A stretch of DNA of 61,637 bases, filler included. It is 7 parts of 7 records of this genome, joined end to end, with 100 filler letters (N's around TTAATTAATTAA, not from the genome) between each part and the next. Parts side by side here need not be neighbours in the genome. Positions count along the whole stretch, not along the records: positions 5,740 to 28,558 come from SRR31156797_15519; 6 more parts are not named here. One strand, given 5' to 3'. A program made the position numbers and the translations under genes. The notes below the pieces were generated by a model. The model made no database searches, was not told where the DNA came from, and worked only from the letters and a program-made list of their open reading frames with translations. Numbering within the stretch: the stretch's first letter is position 1; every line of letters starts with the position of its first letter. Shown piece after piece: positions 9,730 to 19,103 of this stretch.

Positions 9730-10520
9730 CCCCGCATCGAAAGAAGGTGAAAGACAAAACCGGTTTTCTGGTGCGGCGCAGGAACCCCTGTGTGAGCTGG
9801 GTGTCGGTGATTGTCCTATTGGGGCTTTGGGAGATGGTGGGCCTTTTGGGGATCGTGCCGCCCCTTTTCCTGCCCCGGTTTTCGGCGGTGCTGGTTTCGG
9901 GATGGGATATGGTTTTAAGCGGCGAAATTTTCATTCATCTGGCCGCCAGTTTGTGGCGCATCGGGTGGGGGTTTTTCCTGGGCGCGGGTTTAGGAATTTT
10001 CACAGGCGTTGCGGTGGGGTATTTTCAGTTGGCCGACGATGCGGCCCGTCCCCTGGTGGCGGCCACCTATCCCATTCCGAAGATTGCCATCCTGCCGCTG
10101 TTGATTCTCTGGCTGGGCATCGGTGAAGGCTCCAAGGCGGCGGTGATCATGCTGGGGGTCTTTTTTCCGGTGGTGATCAACGTGCGGGCAGGTGTCAGGA
10201 ATGTGGACCCGTTGTTGATCAAGGCGGCCCTGTCGCTCGGTTCCGGTCCCTTCAACGTGATCCGAAAGGTCATTTTGCCCATGAGTCTCCCAATGATTTT
10301 CGCAGGCCTTAAGCTGGGCATCGGCATTGCACTGTTGTTGGTGGTGACCGCCGAAATGATTGCCGCGGACAAGGGGATCGGGTTCCTGATCCTTTCCTCC
10401 GCCGACCTCATGCAGACGACCCGTCTATTGTTCGGAATTATGGTCTTATCCGGCATGGGAATCTCCTTTGCATGGATCCTTGACAAGCTTGAACGTATTT
10501 GGATTCCATGGCGTGAATAA
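9726..10520 (+). CDS. NitT/TauT ABC transporter permease
   Basis: PIPKIAILPLLILWLGIGE, AEMIAADKGIG; multiple TM segments. Confidence 0.93.
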   Translation: MTPHRKKVKDKTGFLVRRRNPCVSWVSVIVLLGLWEMVGLLGIVPPLFLPRFSAVLVSGWDMVLSGEIFIHLAASLWRIGWGFFLGAGLGIFTGVAVGYFQLADDAARPLVAATYPIPKIAILPLLILWLGIGEGSKAAVIMLGVFFPVVINVRAGVRNVDPLLIKAALSLGSGPFNVIRKVILPMSLPMIFAGLKLGIGIALLLVVTAEMIAADKGIGFLILSSADLMQTTRLLFGIMVLSGMGISFAWILDKLERIWIPWRE

Positions 10521-10565
10521 TTGCACAAACTTATTATTGACATGTATTTGAGAACATGCTAGTTG
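10511..10565 (+). promoter_or_regulatory. Candidate Rex-like operator and promoter upstream of sat
   Basis: GCGTGAA-TAAT-TGCACAA (10511-10528) resembles TTGTGAA-N4-TTCACAA; TTGACA at 10537-10542. Confidence 0.4.
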
Positions 10566-10713
10566 ACATTTGGTTTATAGATGCGGGTGGTGTATGGCCC
10601 GCATCGGATGATCTTCTGGAACTCGATGGCCCCCATATGAATTAGGGGCCGTATTGTTGGAAGTGTGATTCTTTTTTGTTAACCCATATCAAAAAGAAAT
10701 AGGAGAATAAGAA

Positions 10714-11904
10714 ATGATTAAACCCCATGGATCCGATACCCTAAATCCTTTGTACGTCGAGGACGACGCCAAACGCGCCGAGTTGGTTAAGGAAGCGGAA
10801 GGCCTTCCCTCCATCGTCATCAGCTCCGCCGCCGCGGGTAATGCCGTGATGCTGGGCTCCGGATACTTCAATCCGCTGACCGGTTTTATGAACAAAGCCG
10901 ATGCAATGGCCGTTGCCAAAGACATGCACATGGCAGACGGTTTTTTCTGGCCCACCCCCGTGCTCAACATGGTGGAAGACGCAAGCGCCATTAAAGATGC
11001 CAAGCGCATTGCCCTTCTGGACCCCAATGTGGAAGGCAATCCCGTGATCGCCATTCAGGATGTGGAAGCCATCGAAGAGTACACCGATGACGAAATGAAG
11101 GCAATGACCGAGAGCATCTTCCGTACCCTCGATATGGATCATCCCGGCGTCAACGCCTTTAACACCGTCGGCAAAATCGGCATCTCCGGTCCCATCCAGG
11201 TGTTGAACTACTCCTACTTTGACAAGGAATTCCCCGAAACTTTCCGCACCGCCGTGCAGATCCGCGACGAAATCGGCAAATTGGGCTGGGAAACGGTCGT
11301 GGCTTTCCAGACCCGTAACCCCATGCATCGCGCCCACGAAGGGTTGACCAAGATGGCCATGGAAGCGGTGAACGCAGATGGCGCCGTCATCCACATGCTC
11401 CTGGGCAAACTGAAACCGGGCGATATCCCGGCTGACGTGCGCGACGCCGCCATCCGCAAGATGGTTGAGCTGTACTTCGAGCCCAACACCGCTCTGATCA
11501 CCGGATACGGTTTCGACATGCTCTATGCCGGTCCCAAAGAGGCCGTGCTCCATGCGGTCTTCCGCCAGAACATGGGCTGCACCCACCTCATCGTGGGCCG
11601 CGATCACGCCGGTGTCGGCGACTACTATGGCGGTTTTGACGCCCAGACCATCTTTGACGACATCACCAAAGACGATCTGCTCATCGACATCTACCGCGGC
11701 GATCATACCGCCTACTCCAAGAAATTGGGCAAGGTGATCATGATGGGCAGCGTGACCGATCATACCAAGGAAGACTGGGTTTTCCTGTCAGGTACCAAGG
11801 TTCGCGAAATGCTGGCTGCCGGCCAGGATCTGCCGCCCGAATTTGCACGCCCGGAAGTGGCCAAGATTTTGATGGACTACTATCAGTCCGAAGCCGCTCA
11901 ATAG
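10714..11904 (+). CDS. sat: Sulfate adenylyltransferase (ATP sulfurylase)
   Basis: AFQTRNPMHRAH, YAGPKEAVLHA, IVGRDHAGVG, LSGTKVRE; AGGAG RBS. Confidence 0.97.
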   Translation: MIKPHGSDTLNPLYVEDDAKRAELVKEAEGLPSIVISSAAAGNAVMLGSGYFNPLTGFMNKADAMAVAKDMHMADGFFWPTPVLNMVEDASAIKDAKRIALLDPNVEGNPVIAIQDVEAIEEYTDDEMKAMTESIFRTLDMDHPGVNAFNTVGKIGISGPIQVLNYSYFDKEFPETFRTAVQIRDEIGKLGWETVVAFQTRNPMHRAHEGLTKMAMEAVNADGAVIHMLLGKLKPGDIPADVRDAAIRKMVELYFEPNTALITGYGFDMLYAGPKEAVLHAVFRQNMGCTHLIVGRDHAGVGDYYGGFDAQTIFDDITKDDLLIDIYRGDHTAYSKKLGKVIMMGSVTDHTKEDWVFLSGTKVREMLAAGQDLPPEFARPEVAKILMDYYQSEAAQ

Positions 11905-11937
11905 TTCTGATCCGTATGGATCAAAGATAACCGATTA

Positions 11938-11976
11938 AAAAAAGCGCCCGCCTGATTTCAGGTGGGCGCTTTTCTT
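11938..11976. terminator. Bidirectional rho-independent terminator
   Basis: AAAAGCGCCCGCCTGA-TT-TCAGGTGGGCGCTTTT between convergent genes. Confidence 0.85.
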
Positions 11977-12171
11977 TTATGATGTTATCTCCTTGACCCT
12001 CCCCACCTGCCCATCCATGAGTCGCACCTTGATGCCGTGAGGATGGGTGGGTGATCGGGTCAGGATGTCTTTTACGATCCCCACCGTTCGTTTGCCCGAG
12101 CGCTGGTCCGATTTCGTGACGATGGAAACCTGCGTCCCCCGCTTGATGTCTTTCCGTTTTTGGCCGTCCAC
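11977..12171 (-). CDS. YwbE-family small protein
   Basis: DQRSGKRTVGIVKDILT..PTHPHGIKVRLMDGQVGRVKEI signature. Confidence 0.85.
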   Translation of the reverse strand: MDGQKRKDIKRGTQVSIVTKSDQRSGKRTVGIVKDILTRSPTHPHGIKVRLMDGQVGRVKEITS

Positions 12172-13874
12172 TTTTTCTTAGCCCCCCGTTTTTTACCCGA
12201 TCTGCTCGATTTTTCGGCCTTTTTTTCCGCGTAGCCCATGGAAACCCTTTTGCCGTCCAGGCTGGCCCCTTTCATGGATTTCATTACATGGGGTGCCGAA
12301 TCGGCATCCACTTCCAGGAAAGAGAATTCTCTCATCACCTCTATTTTTCCAATTTGATTGGAGCGGATGCCGCTTTTGTCGCACACCAGTCGCGTGATGG
12401 CCCCCTTTTGAATATCGTCCAGTTGCCCCATATTGAGGAACAGCTTCCGGATCTGGGCCGGATTTTCCGGAAAACCCTTTGGGGATTTTTTTCCAAAGGA
12501 GGCTTTTTTTCCCATTGATCCCTTTTTCTGAAAGGCCTTCTTCCGAGGGGTGCGGGCATTGATATCCCCGGAATCCTTGTAGTAGTCCAGGAACCGGTTG
12601 AATTCGATGGATACGAAATGCTGGATTAATTCTTCTTTTGTAAGTGCCGCCAAGGTCTCGTATACGGGGGGAAGAAAGGCGGCGATTTCTTCATGATTGA
12701 CGTCGGTTGCCACCAGTCTTTCCACCATGCCGTAGAGTTGTTTTTCGCAGACGGCGCGACCGCTGGGGACTTTCTCGTGCTGAAACCGGACCCCGGTTAC
12801 CTTTTCCACATAGACCAGTTTTCGATTTTCACGGGTATTGATGAGAACAATTGAAGTTCCCGATTTTCCGGCCCTTGCGGTTCGGCCGCTTCGGTGTGTG
12901 TAGGCACCCGGTTCATCGGGAAGATTGTACTGAATCACATGGCTGATATCATCCACATCCAGCCCGCGTGCGGCAACATCCGTTGCCACGAGAATCTGCA
13001 GGCTTTTTTCCCTGAACCGGCGCATAACGTAATCCCGCTGGGTCTGTGACAACTCCCCGTGCAGGCTTTCCGCATTATAACCGTCTTTGATCAGCTTTTC
13101 AGCCACAGTTTGGGTTTCTTTCCGGGTTCTGCAGAAAACCAGACTGAAAATGTTGGGATGATAGTCGATGATCCGTTTGAGCGCCGGATAGCGGTCTTTT
13201 TCCATGACCACATATTTGAAGTGGGAGATGTTTCCGGCCCCGCTGTTTTTGCGTCCAATGGTGATTTCCACCTGGTCCTTCATGTAATTTTGGGAAATCC
13301 TGGCCACCGGCGCCGTCATGGTGGCGGAAAAAAGCCAGGTTCTTTTTTCGGAAGGGGTTTTGTCCAGGATTTCGTCCAGGTCTTCGAGGAAACCCATGGT
13401 GAGCATCTCATCGGCCTCATCGAGAACCACATAGTCGATGCCCTTCAGGTTGACGATGCCTCTGTGAATCAGATCCAGAAGCCTTCCCGGAGTGGCGGCT
13501 ATGATCTGGGCGCCGTTCTTGATTTGACGGATCTGGGGTTCCATGCCGGCGCCCCCGTAGACTGCGACGATTTTTGCGTTTTTCACGTACCGGCTGTAAC
13601 GGATCAAATCCTTTGAGATCTGCACGCACAGCTCCCGGGTGGGACACAGAATCAGGCCTTGAACCTGCGGTCTCGAAAAATCGATTAACTGGAGCAGGGG
13701 GAGGCCGTAGGCCGCTGTTTTTCCCGTTCCCGTCTGCGCCAGGCCCACCAGATCCCGGTTCCCTTCAATAATGGCGGGGATGGCCTTTTCCTGTATGGGT
13801 GTGGGTTCTTTAAACCCTAATTTATGAACTGCTCTGATGAGATGTGGCTCTAAGCCTAATGCTTCAAAATCCAT
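12072..13874 (-). CDS. DEAD-box RNA helicase with DbpA-type RNA-binding C-terminus (DeaD/CsdA-like)
   Basis: AQTGTGKT, PTREL, DEAD, SAT, HRSGRTAR; the 3' end may be misplaced (see findings). Confidence 0.95.
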   Translation of the reverse strand: MDFEALGLEPHLIRAVHKLGFKEPTPIQEKAIPAIIEGNRDLVGLAQTGTGKTAAYGLPLLQLIDFSRPQVQGLILCPTRELCVQISKDLIRYSRYVKNAKIVAVYGGAGMEPQIRQIKNGAQIIAATPGRLLDLIHRGIVNLKGIDYVVLDEADEMLTMGFLEDLDEILDKTPSEKRTWLFSATMTAPVARISQNYMKDQVEITIGRKNSGAGNISHFKYVVMEKDRYPALKRIIDYHPNIFSLVFCRTRKETQTVAEKLIKDGYNAESLHGELSQTQRDYVMRRFREKSLQILVATDVAARGLDVDDISHVIQYNLPDEPGAYTHRSGRTARAGKSGTSIVLINTRENRKLVYVEKVTGVRFQHEKVPSGRAVCEKQLYGMVERLVATDVNHEEIAAFLPPVYETLAALTKEELIQHFVSIEFNRFLDYYKDSGDINARTPRKKAFQKKGSMGKKASFGKKSPKGFPENPAQIRKLFLNMGQLDDIQKGAITRLVCDKSGIRSNQIGKIEVMREFSFLEVDADSAPHVMKSMKGASLDGKRVSMGYAEKKAEKSSRSGKKRGAKKKWTAKNGKTSSGGRRFPSSRNRTSARANERWGS

Positions 13875-14149
13875 ATAATATAACGCTCAACCTTTCTTGA
13901 ATCCGAATGGGCGCGACAAAAGCGCCATAGTCGGTTTGTTGATAAATTTAAAACTTTTTAAAATAGTACATATGTAATGAAAAATCAATAGTGATGTGGG
14001 GTTTAAGATAATTTAATATTAATTGTTTATAAATTTTAACGAGATGGCTGCTTTTTACTTCTTGACTCATCTCCCCAATTCTCATAAACTCCTAACCCTT
14101 ATAGAGATGTCTATTTTTTTAAGTCCCTTCCGAAAAGGAGATGAATGAG

Positions 14150-16111
14150 ATGCTGCAGAACAAGGTAGGATATGACATTATCCAGAAAATCGGTGGCGTA
14201 TCAACAATCGAAGAGGCCCTCGGGGTTTTTGAAAAGCACATGGATGCGGTCAATCTGGCCAAAATTCAGAAAATTAAAAACGCTGACGCCCTTCTGAAGA
14301 TCGCCAACGCCATTGTCATGTGTCGGCCCGATGATATCTTCGTGAATACCGGGTCGGATGAAGATGTGCAAAGGGTCAAACAGATGTCTCTGGAAAAGGG
14401 CGAAGAAGCCGTACTGGCCATGGAAGATCACACCATTCATTTTGATCTGGCGGCCGAGCAGGGTCGCATTATCGACCGAACATTTTATATTGCCAATCCG
14501 GATGAAGAGATCAGTTCACTGGCCAACCGGATGGATCGGGATGATGCGCTGAAAGATGTTGAGGAGAAGATGGGCGGCATCATGAAAGGCAAAACCATGG
14601 TGATCGGTTTTTACAGCCGCGGTCCCGTGGGTTCCCAGGGTTCCAATCCGGCCATTGAAGTGACCAGTTCTCTGTATGTGTCCCACAGTGCCGAACTCCT
14701 CTACCGGAATGTTTTTGATCACTTTGATGAAGAGGTGGAGCGGTTGGGCCATTTCTATGCCAATATTCACAGCGAAGGCCTTAATCGAACCGAAGATCTG
14801 CCCAATGCCCGGGTCTTTATGGACCGAAGTTTCCAGACCACCTACAGTATGAACTGTACCTATGCCGGCAATACCCTGTTGCTGAAAAAGGGGAATCACC
14901 GTTTTTCCGTGGACAAGGCCGTTTATACCAACCGGGGCAATGAGCTGGCTGAACATATGTTCATCACGGGCATCGATGGTCCCGACAAAAAGCGGGTGAC
15001 CTGGTTTGCGGGCGCCGCCCCCAGCGGTTGCGGCAAGACCACCACCGCAATGGCCGGTGCCCACTTCCTGGGTGATGACCTTGCCCAGATGTGGATTGAA
15101 GATGACGGCACCGTTCGGTCCATCAACCCGGAGGCGGGTATTTTCGGGATTGTGGAAGATGTGAACCGGGAAGGGGATCCGCTTCTGATGGATTGTCTGC
15201 GAGAGCCCGGTACCGAAGTGATCTGGTCAAACGTTTTGATCGATGATGAAAAGGTCCCCCACTGGGTGGGTAACGGTGGGGCACCACCCAAAAAAGGATT
15301 CAACTTCCAGGGTCCCTGGGAAGAGGGGATGGTGGATGAAAGCGGCAAGCCGGTGCCCATGAGCCACCCCAACTCCAGATGTACTCTGAAGGCAACGGCT
15401 CTGGCCAATTGCTCGGAGCGGTTTGAAGATCCGGCGGGCGCGAAGACCAGCGTCATTACCTACAGTGGCCGGGACAGCGACACCATGCCGCCGGTGTGGC
15501 TGGCGGTCACCCCGGATCATGGGGTGGTCATCGGCGCATCCATCGTATCAGCGGCCACGGCCACCGAAGTGGGTGCCACGGGCGTGAAGCGTGCTCCCTG
15601 GGCCAATGCACCCTTTATTCCGGGGGCCCTGGCGGACTATATGGATGCCCAGTTCAAGTTTTTCAACAGCCGGAAGATTGACGACAAGAAACGCCCCGTC
15701 CTCGCCGGTCTCAACTATTTTTTGACCCATGAAGCCAGGGGCGGGGAGTCCAAGAAATTGCTGGGGGAAAAGCGGGATGTGAAAGTATGGCTGGGCTGGC
15801 TGGAGAGACGCTTTCACGGTGATGTGGATGCCATAAAAACGCCCATCGGCCTTCTCCCCAAATATGATGATTTGAAAAACCTGTTTAAGGATATCATTGA
15901 TAAAGAATATCCCGAAGATTTGTATGTGAAGCAGTTTTCCCTCTATATCGACAACATCGTTGCCCGCTTGGATCTCCAGAAAGAAGCCTACGGAAAAGAG
16001 AGCAATGTTCCGGAACGTCTTTTTGAGATCCTGGACGAGCAAAGAGAGGGATTGGTTTCGCTCAGGGAAAAATTCGGTTCCGTTGTCACCCCTGCCCAAT
16101 TGATGACATAA
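14150..16111 (+). CDS. pckG: Phosphoenolpyruvate carboxykinase (GTP)
   Basis: AEHMFI, PSGCGKT, GDDLA, NPEAGIFG, HPNSR; RBS spacing favours ATG 14150 over 14141. Confidence 0.92.
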   Translation: MLQNKVGYDIIQKIGGVSTIEEALGVFEKHMDAVNLAKIQKIKNADALLKIANAIVMCRPDDIFVNTGSDEDVQRVKQMSLEKGEEAVLAMEDHTIHFDLAAEQGRIIDRTFYIANPDEEISSLANRMDRDDALKDVEEKMGGIMKGKTMVIGFYSRGPVGSQGSNPAIEVTSSLYVSHSAELLYRNVFDHFDEEVERLGHFYANIHSEGLNRTEDLPNARVFMDRSFQTTYSMNCTYAGNTLLLKKGNHRFSVDKAVYTNRGNELAEHMFITGIDGPDKKRVTWFAGAAPSGCGKTTTAMAGAHFLGDDLAQMWIEDDGTVRSINPEAGIFGIVEDVNREGDPLLMDCLREPGTEVIWSNVLIDDEKVPHWVGNGGAPPKKGFNFQGPWEEGMVDESGKPVPMSHPNSRCTLKATALANCSERFEDPAGAKTSVITYSGRDSDTMPPVWLAVTPDHGVVIGASIVSAATATEVGATGVKRAPWANAPFIPGALADYMDAQFKFFNSRKIDDKKRPVLAGLNYFLTHEARGGESKKLLGEKRDVKVWLGWLERRFHGDVDAIKTPIGLLPKYDDLKNLFKDIIDKEYPEDLYVKQFSLYIDNIVARLDLQKEAYGKESNVPERLFEILDEQREGLVSLREKFGSVVTPAQLMT

Positions 16112-16159
16112 GGGCTTTTGCTCCGGTTCCATGGGGCGCAACATAAAGAGGATCTGATG

Positions 16160-16200
16160 AAAAGGGCAGGGCGTTTTTCCAGCGTGCCGCCCTTTTTTTT
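16160..16200 (+). terminator. Probable rho-independent terminator
   Basis: AAAAGGGC...GCCCTTTTTTTTT after pckG, between convergent genes. Confidence 0.6.
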
Positions 16201-16224
16201 ATGACGATTATCTATTTAGGTTCC

Positions 16225-17415
16225 CTATTCAGCGCGACGCGTCACGGTTTTAAAAAGAATAAAGCTTAAAAAGGTCAGTCCGAAAAAGGTAACACTGATG
16301 GGTATCAGGGAGTCAGATTCCAGAAAACTGGCAATGCCGGAACAGATGCCTGAAATAATGGAAAACAGACTTCCCAGGGCGGCACTTGCGGTCCCTCCCG
16401 CGTGAGGAAAAAGCCCAAGGGTTTTAGCAAACATACCGGTGAAAACCACAGCGCCGCAAATGAATAGAAACACGGCAGGTAAGAAGGTCGTAATCAGATT
16501 CAGGGAACCCGTTGTCCCTAAAACAAGCCAAATAATGGAAATTATTAAGGCAATTATCATAAAAGTACTTGTTCTGTCTTTTGTTTTCGATTTGGAAATC
16601 CCATATCGGAAGATCATAATGCCTGTCGTCCATGCCAGTCCAAGGGCCAGGGCAACATGTCCATAAACAATGGCACCGTATTTTAGCTCGGTTTCAACCA
16701 GGAAAGGCCCCACCACGTTGTAAACGGTGATATAACCGTACATCATTCCACAAATAAAGGCGCCCGAGATAAAAAACTTGTTCAGGAAAACATCTTTATA
16801 GCCTCTTATCAAATGGGTTAAGTTCTGCTTTAAACAATTTGAGCATGTTTCCGGAAGGAAAAGGATTACCAGCAGAACACTTATGGCAGTGTAAATGGCC
16901 AGAAAATAGAAACAGGATTTCCAGCCGAAAAACTCCTGCAGATAACCGCCGATAAAAGGCGAAATAATGGGGCCGGCAGCCCAGGCGATCAACACATAGC
17001 TTGCGTATTTCGATAAGGTTTTACCCGAAAAACTGTCACTTAACACAGCCCGGTTTACAACGCCCACACCGCCGGTGAACATCCCTTGAAAAAACCGGAT
17101 GATGAGAAATAAGTGGATACTGGTGGTCAGTGTAATTAAATACGAAGAAAAGGAATAGCCGATCATGGCAAAAATCAGCACTTTTTTCCTTCCGAACCGG
17201 TCCGATATGCTGCCGTAAACCAGTTGAAAAATTCCGTATGCGATTAAATAAATGGTAACTGCCAGGCGTGTTTCGGCAGCCCCCGCGTGGAAATAATCCT
17301 TAATATGCGGCAATGAAGGAACAAAGACATCCACTGCCGACCCGAGGATAAAAGTGGTAATGGCAACGATTGAAAAGATCAGCCAGGGGTTTTTGACCCT
17401 TATTTCCTCATTCAT
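16225..17415 (-). CDS. Bcr/CflA-family MFS drug efflux transporter
   Basis: DVFVPSLP, GSISDRFGRK, GPIISPFIGG; about 12 TM segments. Confidence 0.9.
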   Translation of the reverse strand: MNEEIRVKNPWLIFSIVAITTFILGSAVDVFVPSLPHIKDYFHAGAAETRLAVTIYLIAYGIFQLVYGSISDRFGRKKVLIFAMIGYSFSSYLITLTTSIHLFLIIRFFQGMFTGGVGVVNRAVLSDSFSGKTLSKYASYVLIAWAAGPIISPFIGGYLQEFFGWKSCFYFLAIYTAISVLLVILFLPETCSNCLKQNLTHLIRGYKDVFLNKFFISGAFICGMMYGYITVYNVVGPFLVETELKYGAIVYGHVALALGLAWTTGIMIFRYGISKSKTKDRTSTFMIIALIISIIWLVLGTTGSLNLITTFLPAVFLFICGAVVFTGMFAKTLGLFPHAGGTASAALGSLFSIISGICSGIASFLESDSLIPISVTFFGLTFLSFILFKTVTRRAE

Positions 17416-17487
17416 ATTCACCTCCGGGAATCGCCTGTTTATTGTGCGTCCGCCTGAGCACGGATAGATGCGGCACCTATGGATTAT

Positions 17488-17781
17488 CTATTGGGTTGAG
17501 ATGATCTGACAATTGCGCCAAAAACCCATTGCTGCCGCGTTCAGGGCCAGGAATGTTTGCAAGGAAAAATAGTCGAGATTACATTGATCCGGGTCGGAAG
17601 AATTTGTACATTGCGGTGAAGGGTTTATATCTGCGGGCAGGTTATATGAAATGTTGCATACAGGTGTTAATGCGCCCGTACTTGTGGAGCTGGATGAATC
17701 ACGGCCCATGATCGGGAAGAAAAGTAGAAAACGCAGGCATGGCACCGGTAATGAGGTTTTTAAACCGTCCATTTTTTCCAC
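17488..17781 (-). pseudogene. Probable truncated remnant of a secreted protein gene
   Basis: Short ORF with a protein-like core (SYNLPADINP...DYFSLQTFLALN) that ends abruptly; lies among other gene fragments. Confidence 0.3.
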
Positions 17782-17918
17782 TCCCTTATTATTGAAATAA
17801 TGATTTATTTTGGCATAACGTGAGGCGTTTAAATATTAGATGAATCTTATTCATTATTCAAGCTGTATTGTGATGTACGGAGGCTTGTCAATCTCTAAAA
17901 CATCAAGTCAGAAAAGTT

Positions 17919-18005
17919 GTGCGGCTGAAGCCGCACCTACAAGTCGCATCACGCGCCTTATTAGCATCAATGCGCAACAAGGTGTAGGTGCGAATTTATT
18001 CGCAC
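17919..18005. repeat. Pair of GTAG-family REP-like palindromes in opposite orientation
   Basis: Minus strand 17940-17919 GTAG-GTGCGGCTTCAGCCGCAC; plus strand 17984-18005 GTAG-GTGCGAATTTATTCGCAC. Confidence 0.75.
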
Positions 18006-18164
18006 ATTTTTCCCTTTCCGCACCGGCCTTGGTGGAGACAGCGCCGTTTCCCTTTTCCGGTGAAAAATGGAATACGCACGCCCTTAAAGGATACAACTTT
18101 GAAGGCATGCCCGCCTCATTACGCACCATGCAGGAAGAGAGGGTCGCTTTTGGGGAAAGGTTCG

Positions 18165-18248
18165 TTTACAGTAGTCCTTGATAAAGCCGGGCACATGCCC
18201 TTTTACGAACAGCCTGAAGTATTCAACAAAATTCTGGCCGACAACTAA
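18165..18248 (+). pseudogene. C-terminal remnant of an alpha/beta hydrolase
   Basis: VVLDKAGHMPFYEQPEVFNKIL, the catalytic-His region, with no upstream domain. Confidence 0.6.
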
Positions 18249-18610
18249 AAGCTTCTCTCGGGGCCTTCAAAATTCAAAGGATAAGCCTGGCTCACGCAGC
18301 CTGAAAAGAGACCTTTTTCAAACACGGGAATCATGGTGACCAGATCCCTTCCCCCTCCGATGGTCGAAATGTAATGATGGGGCTCAGTACGCCCATTTCG
18401 GAAATCTCTGAAAATCTCCACGATTTTTTCGTTGCTCGCATCCTTATGGCACGCCCGAATATTGACGCCCACATCACGCGGTGTTTTGGAGGGCCGTTTT
18501 CTGGCGGCGGTGTTGGCATAGAGGATCTGGCCGTCCGCATCCACGTAGGTTACGGCGATCTTCATGTGATCCAGGATATTTTCATGGAGTGCCTTTTTCT
18601 CAGTGTTCAA
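18245..18610 (-). CDS. Stand-alone PAS-domain protein
   Basis: ILDHMKIAVTYVDADGQILYAN...VGVNIRACH; TTG start with GGAGG RBS. Confidence 0.8.
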   Translation of the reverse strand: MNTEKKALHENILDHMKIAVTYVDADGQILYANTAARKRPSKTPRDVGVNIRACHKDASNEKIVEIFRDFRNGRTEPHHYISTIGGGRDLVTMIPVFEKGLFSGCVSQAYPLNFEGPERSF

Positions 18611-18868
18611 TTGTTCCTCCCTTCAAAAATTCTTTATCTCTGCAACCCGTGGCTTTTCGTCACACCGGTTCTCTGCTGTTCTTTCACATCTGTGACCCAA
18701 TCTAATGGAGGGTGTATAAGTATGTTGTTGAGGCCTATCCGTCAATATTTTTATTGGCTGAAATTTTAGGGTTGACCCGAAAATTATCTTTTTCTTGAAT
18801 GGATAGATGAATCATGGAACGTTATCTGATGGGGCAGACCATAGACGATTTGCGAAAAAAAATGGTAT

Positions 18869-19099
18869 TTGTTGGAGGTCCCAGGCAAGTGGGAAAGACA
18901 ACCCTGGCGCTTTCCATTTGCCGTGGAAAGCAAGACCGGCGACGGTGATGTCAGCAGACACATTTCCTATTTTGCTTCAAGAACGGAGATCCCTAGATTT
19001 TTTCCGGTACATCGGGGTATCAGGGATTATGAGGTAAGCGACAGCAGAGCAAGAGTGCTTCCGTTTACGACCTTTGCAGCCGAGATTCTGAAAATTTAA
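18869..19099 (+). pseudogene. C-terminal remnant of an AAA-ATPase/DUF4143-like gene
   Basis: FAVESKTGDGDVSRHISYFASRTEIPRFF.VH resembles the nuclease-like tail of this family; no N-terminal part present. Confidence 0.45.
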
Positions 19100-19103
19100 G
19101 GAT

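Noticed and set aside
10741-11763. Long antisense ORFs (also 8039-8923, 24283-25404, 57755-58297, 59230-60030, 60945-61628)
   Set aside because: Shadow frames of well-supported genes in GC-rich DNA, with no recognisable motifs
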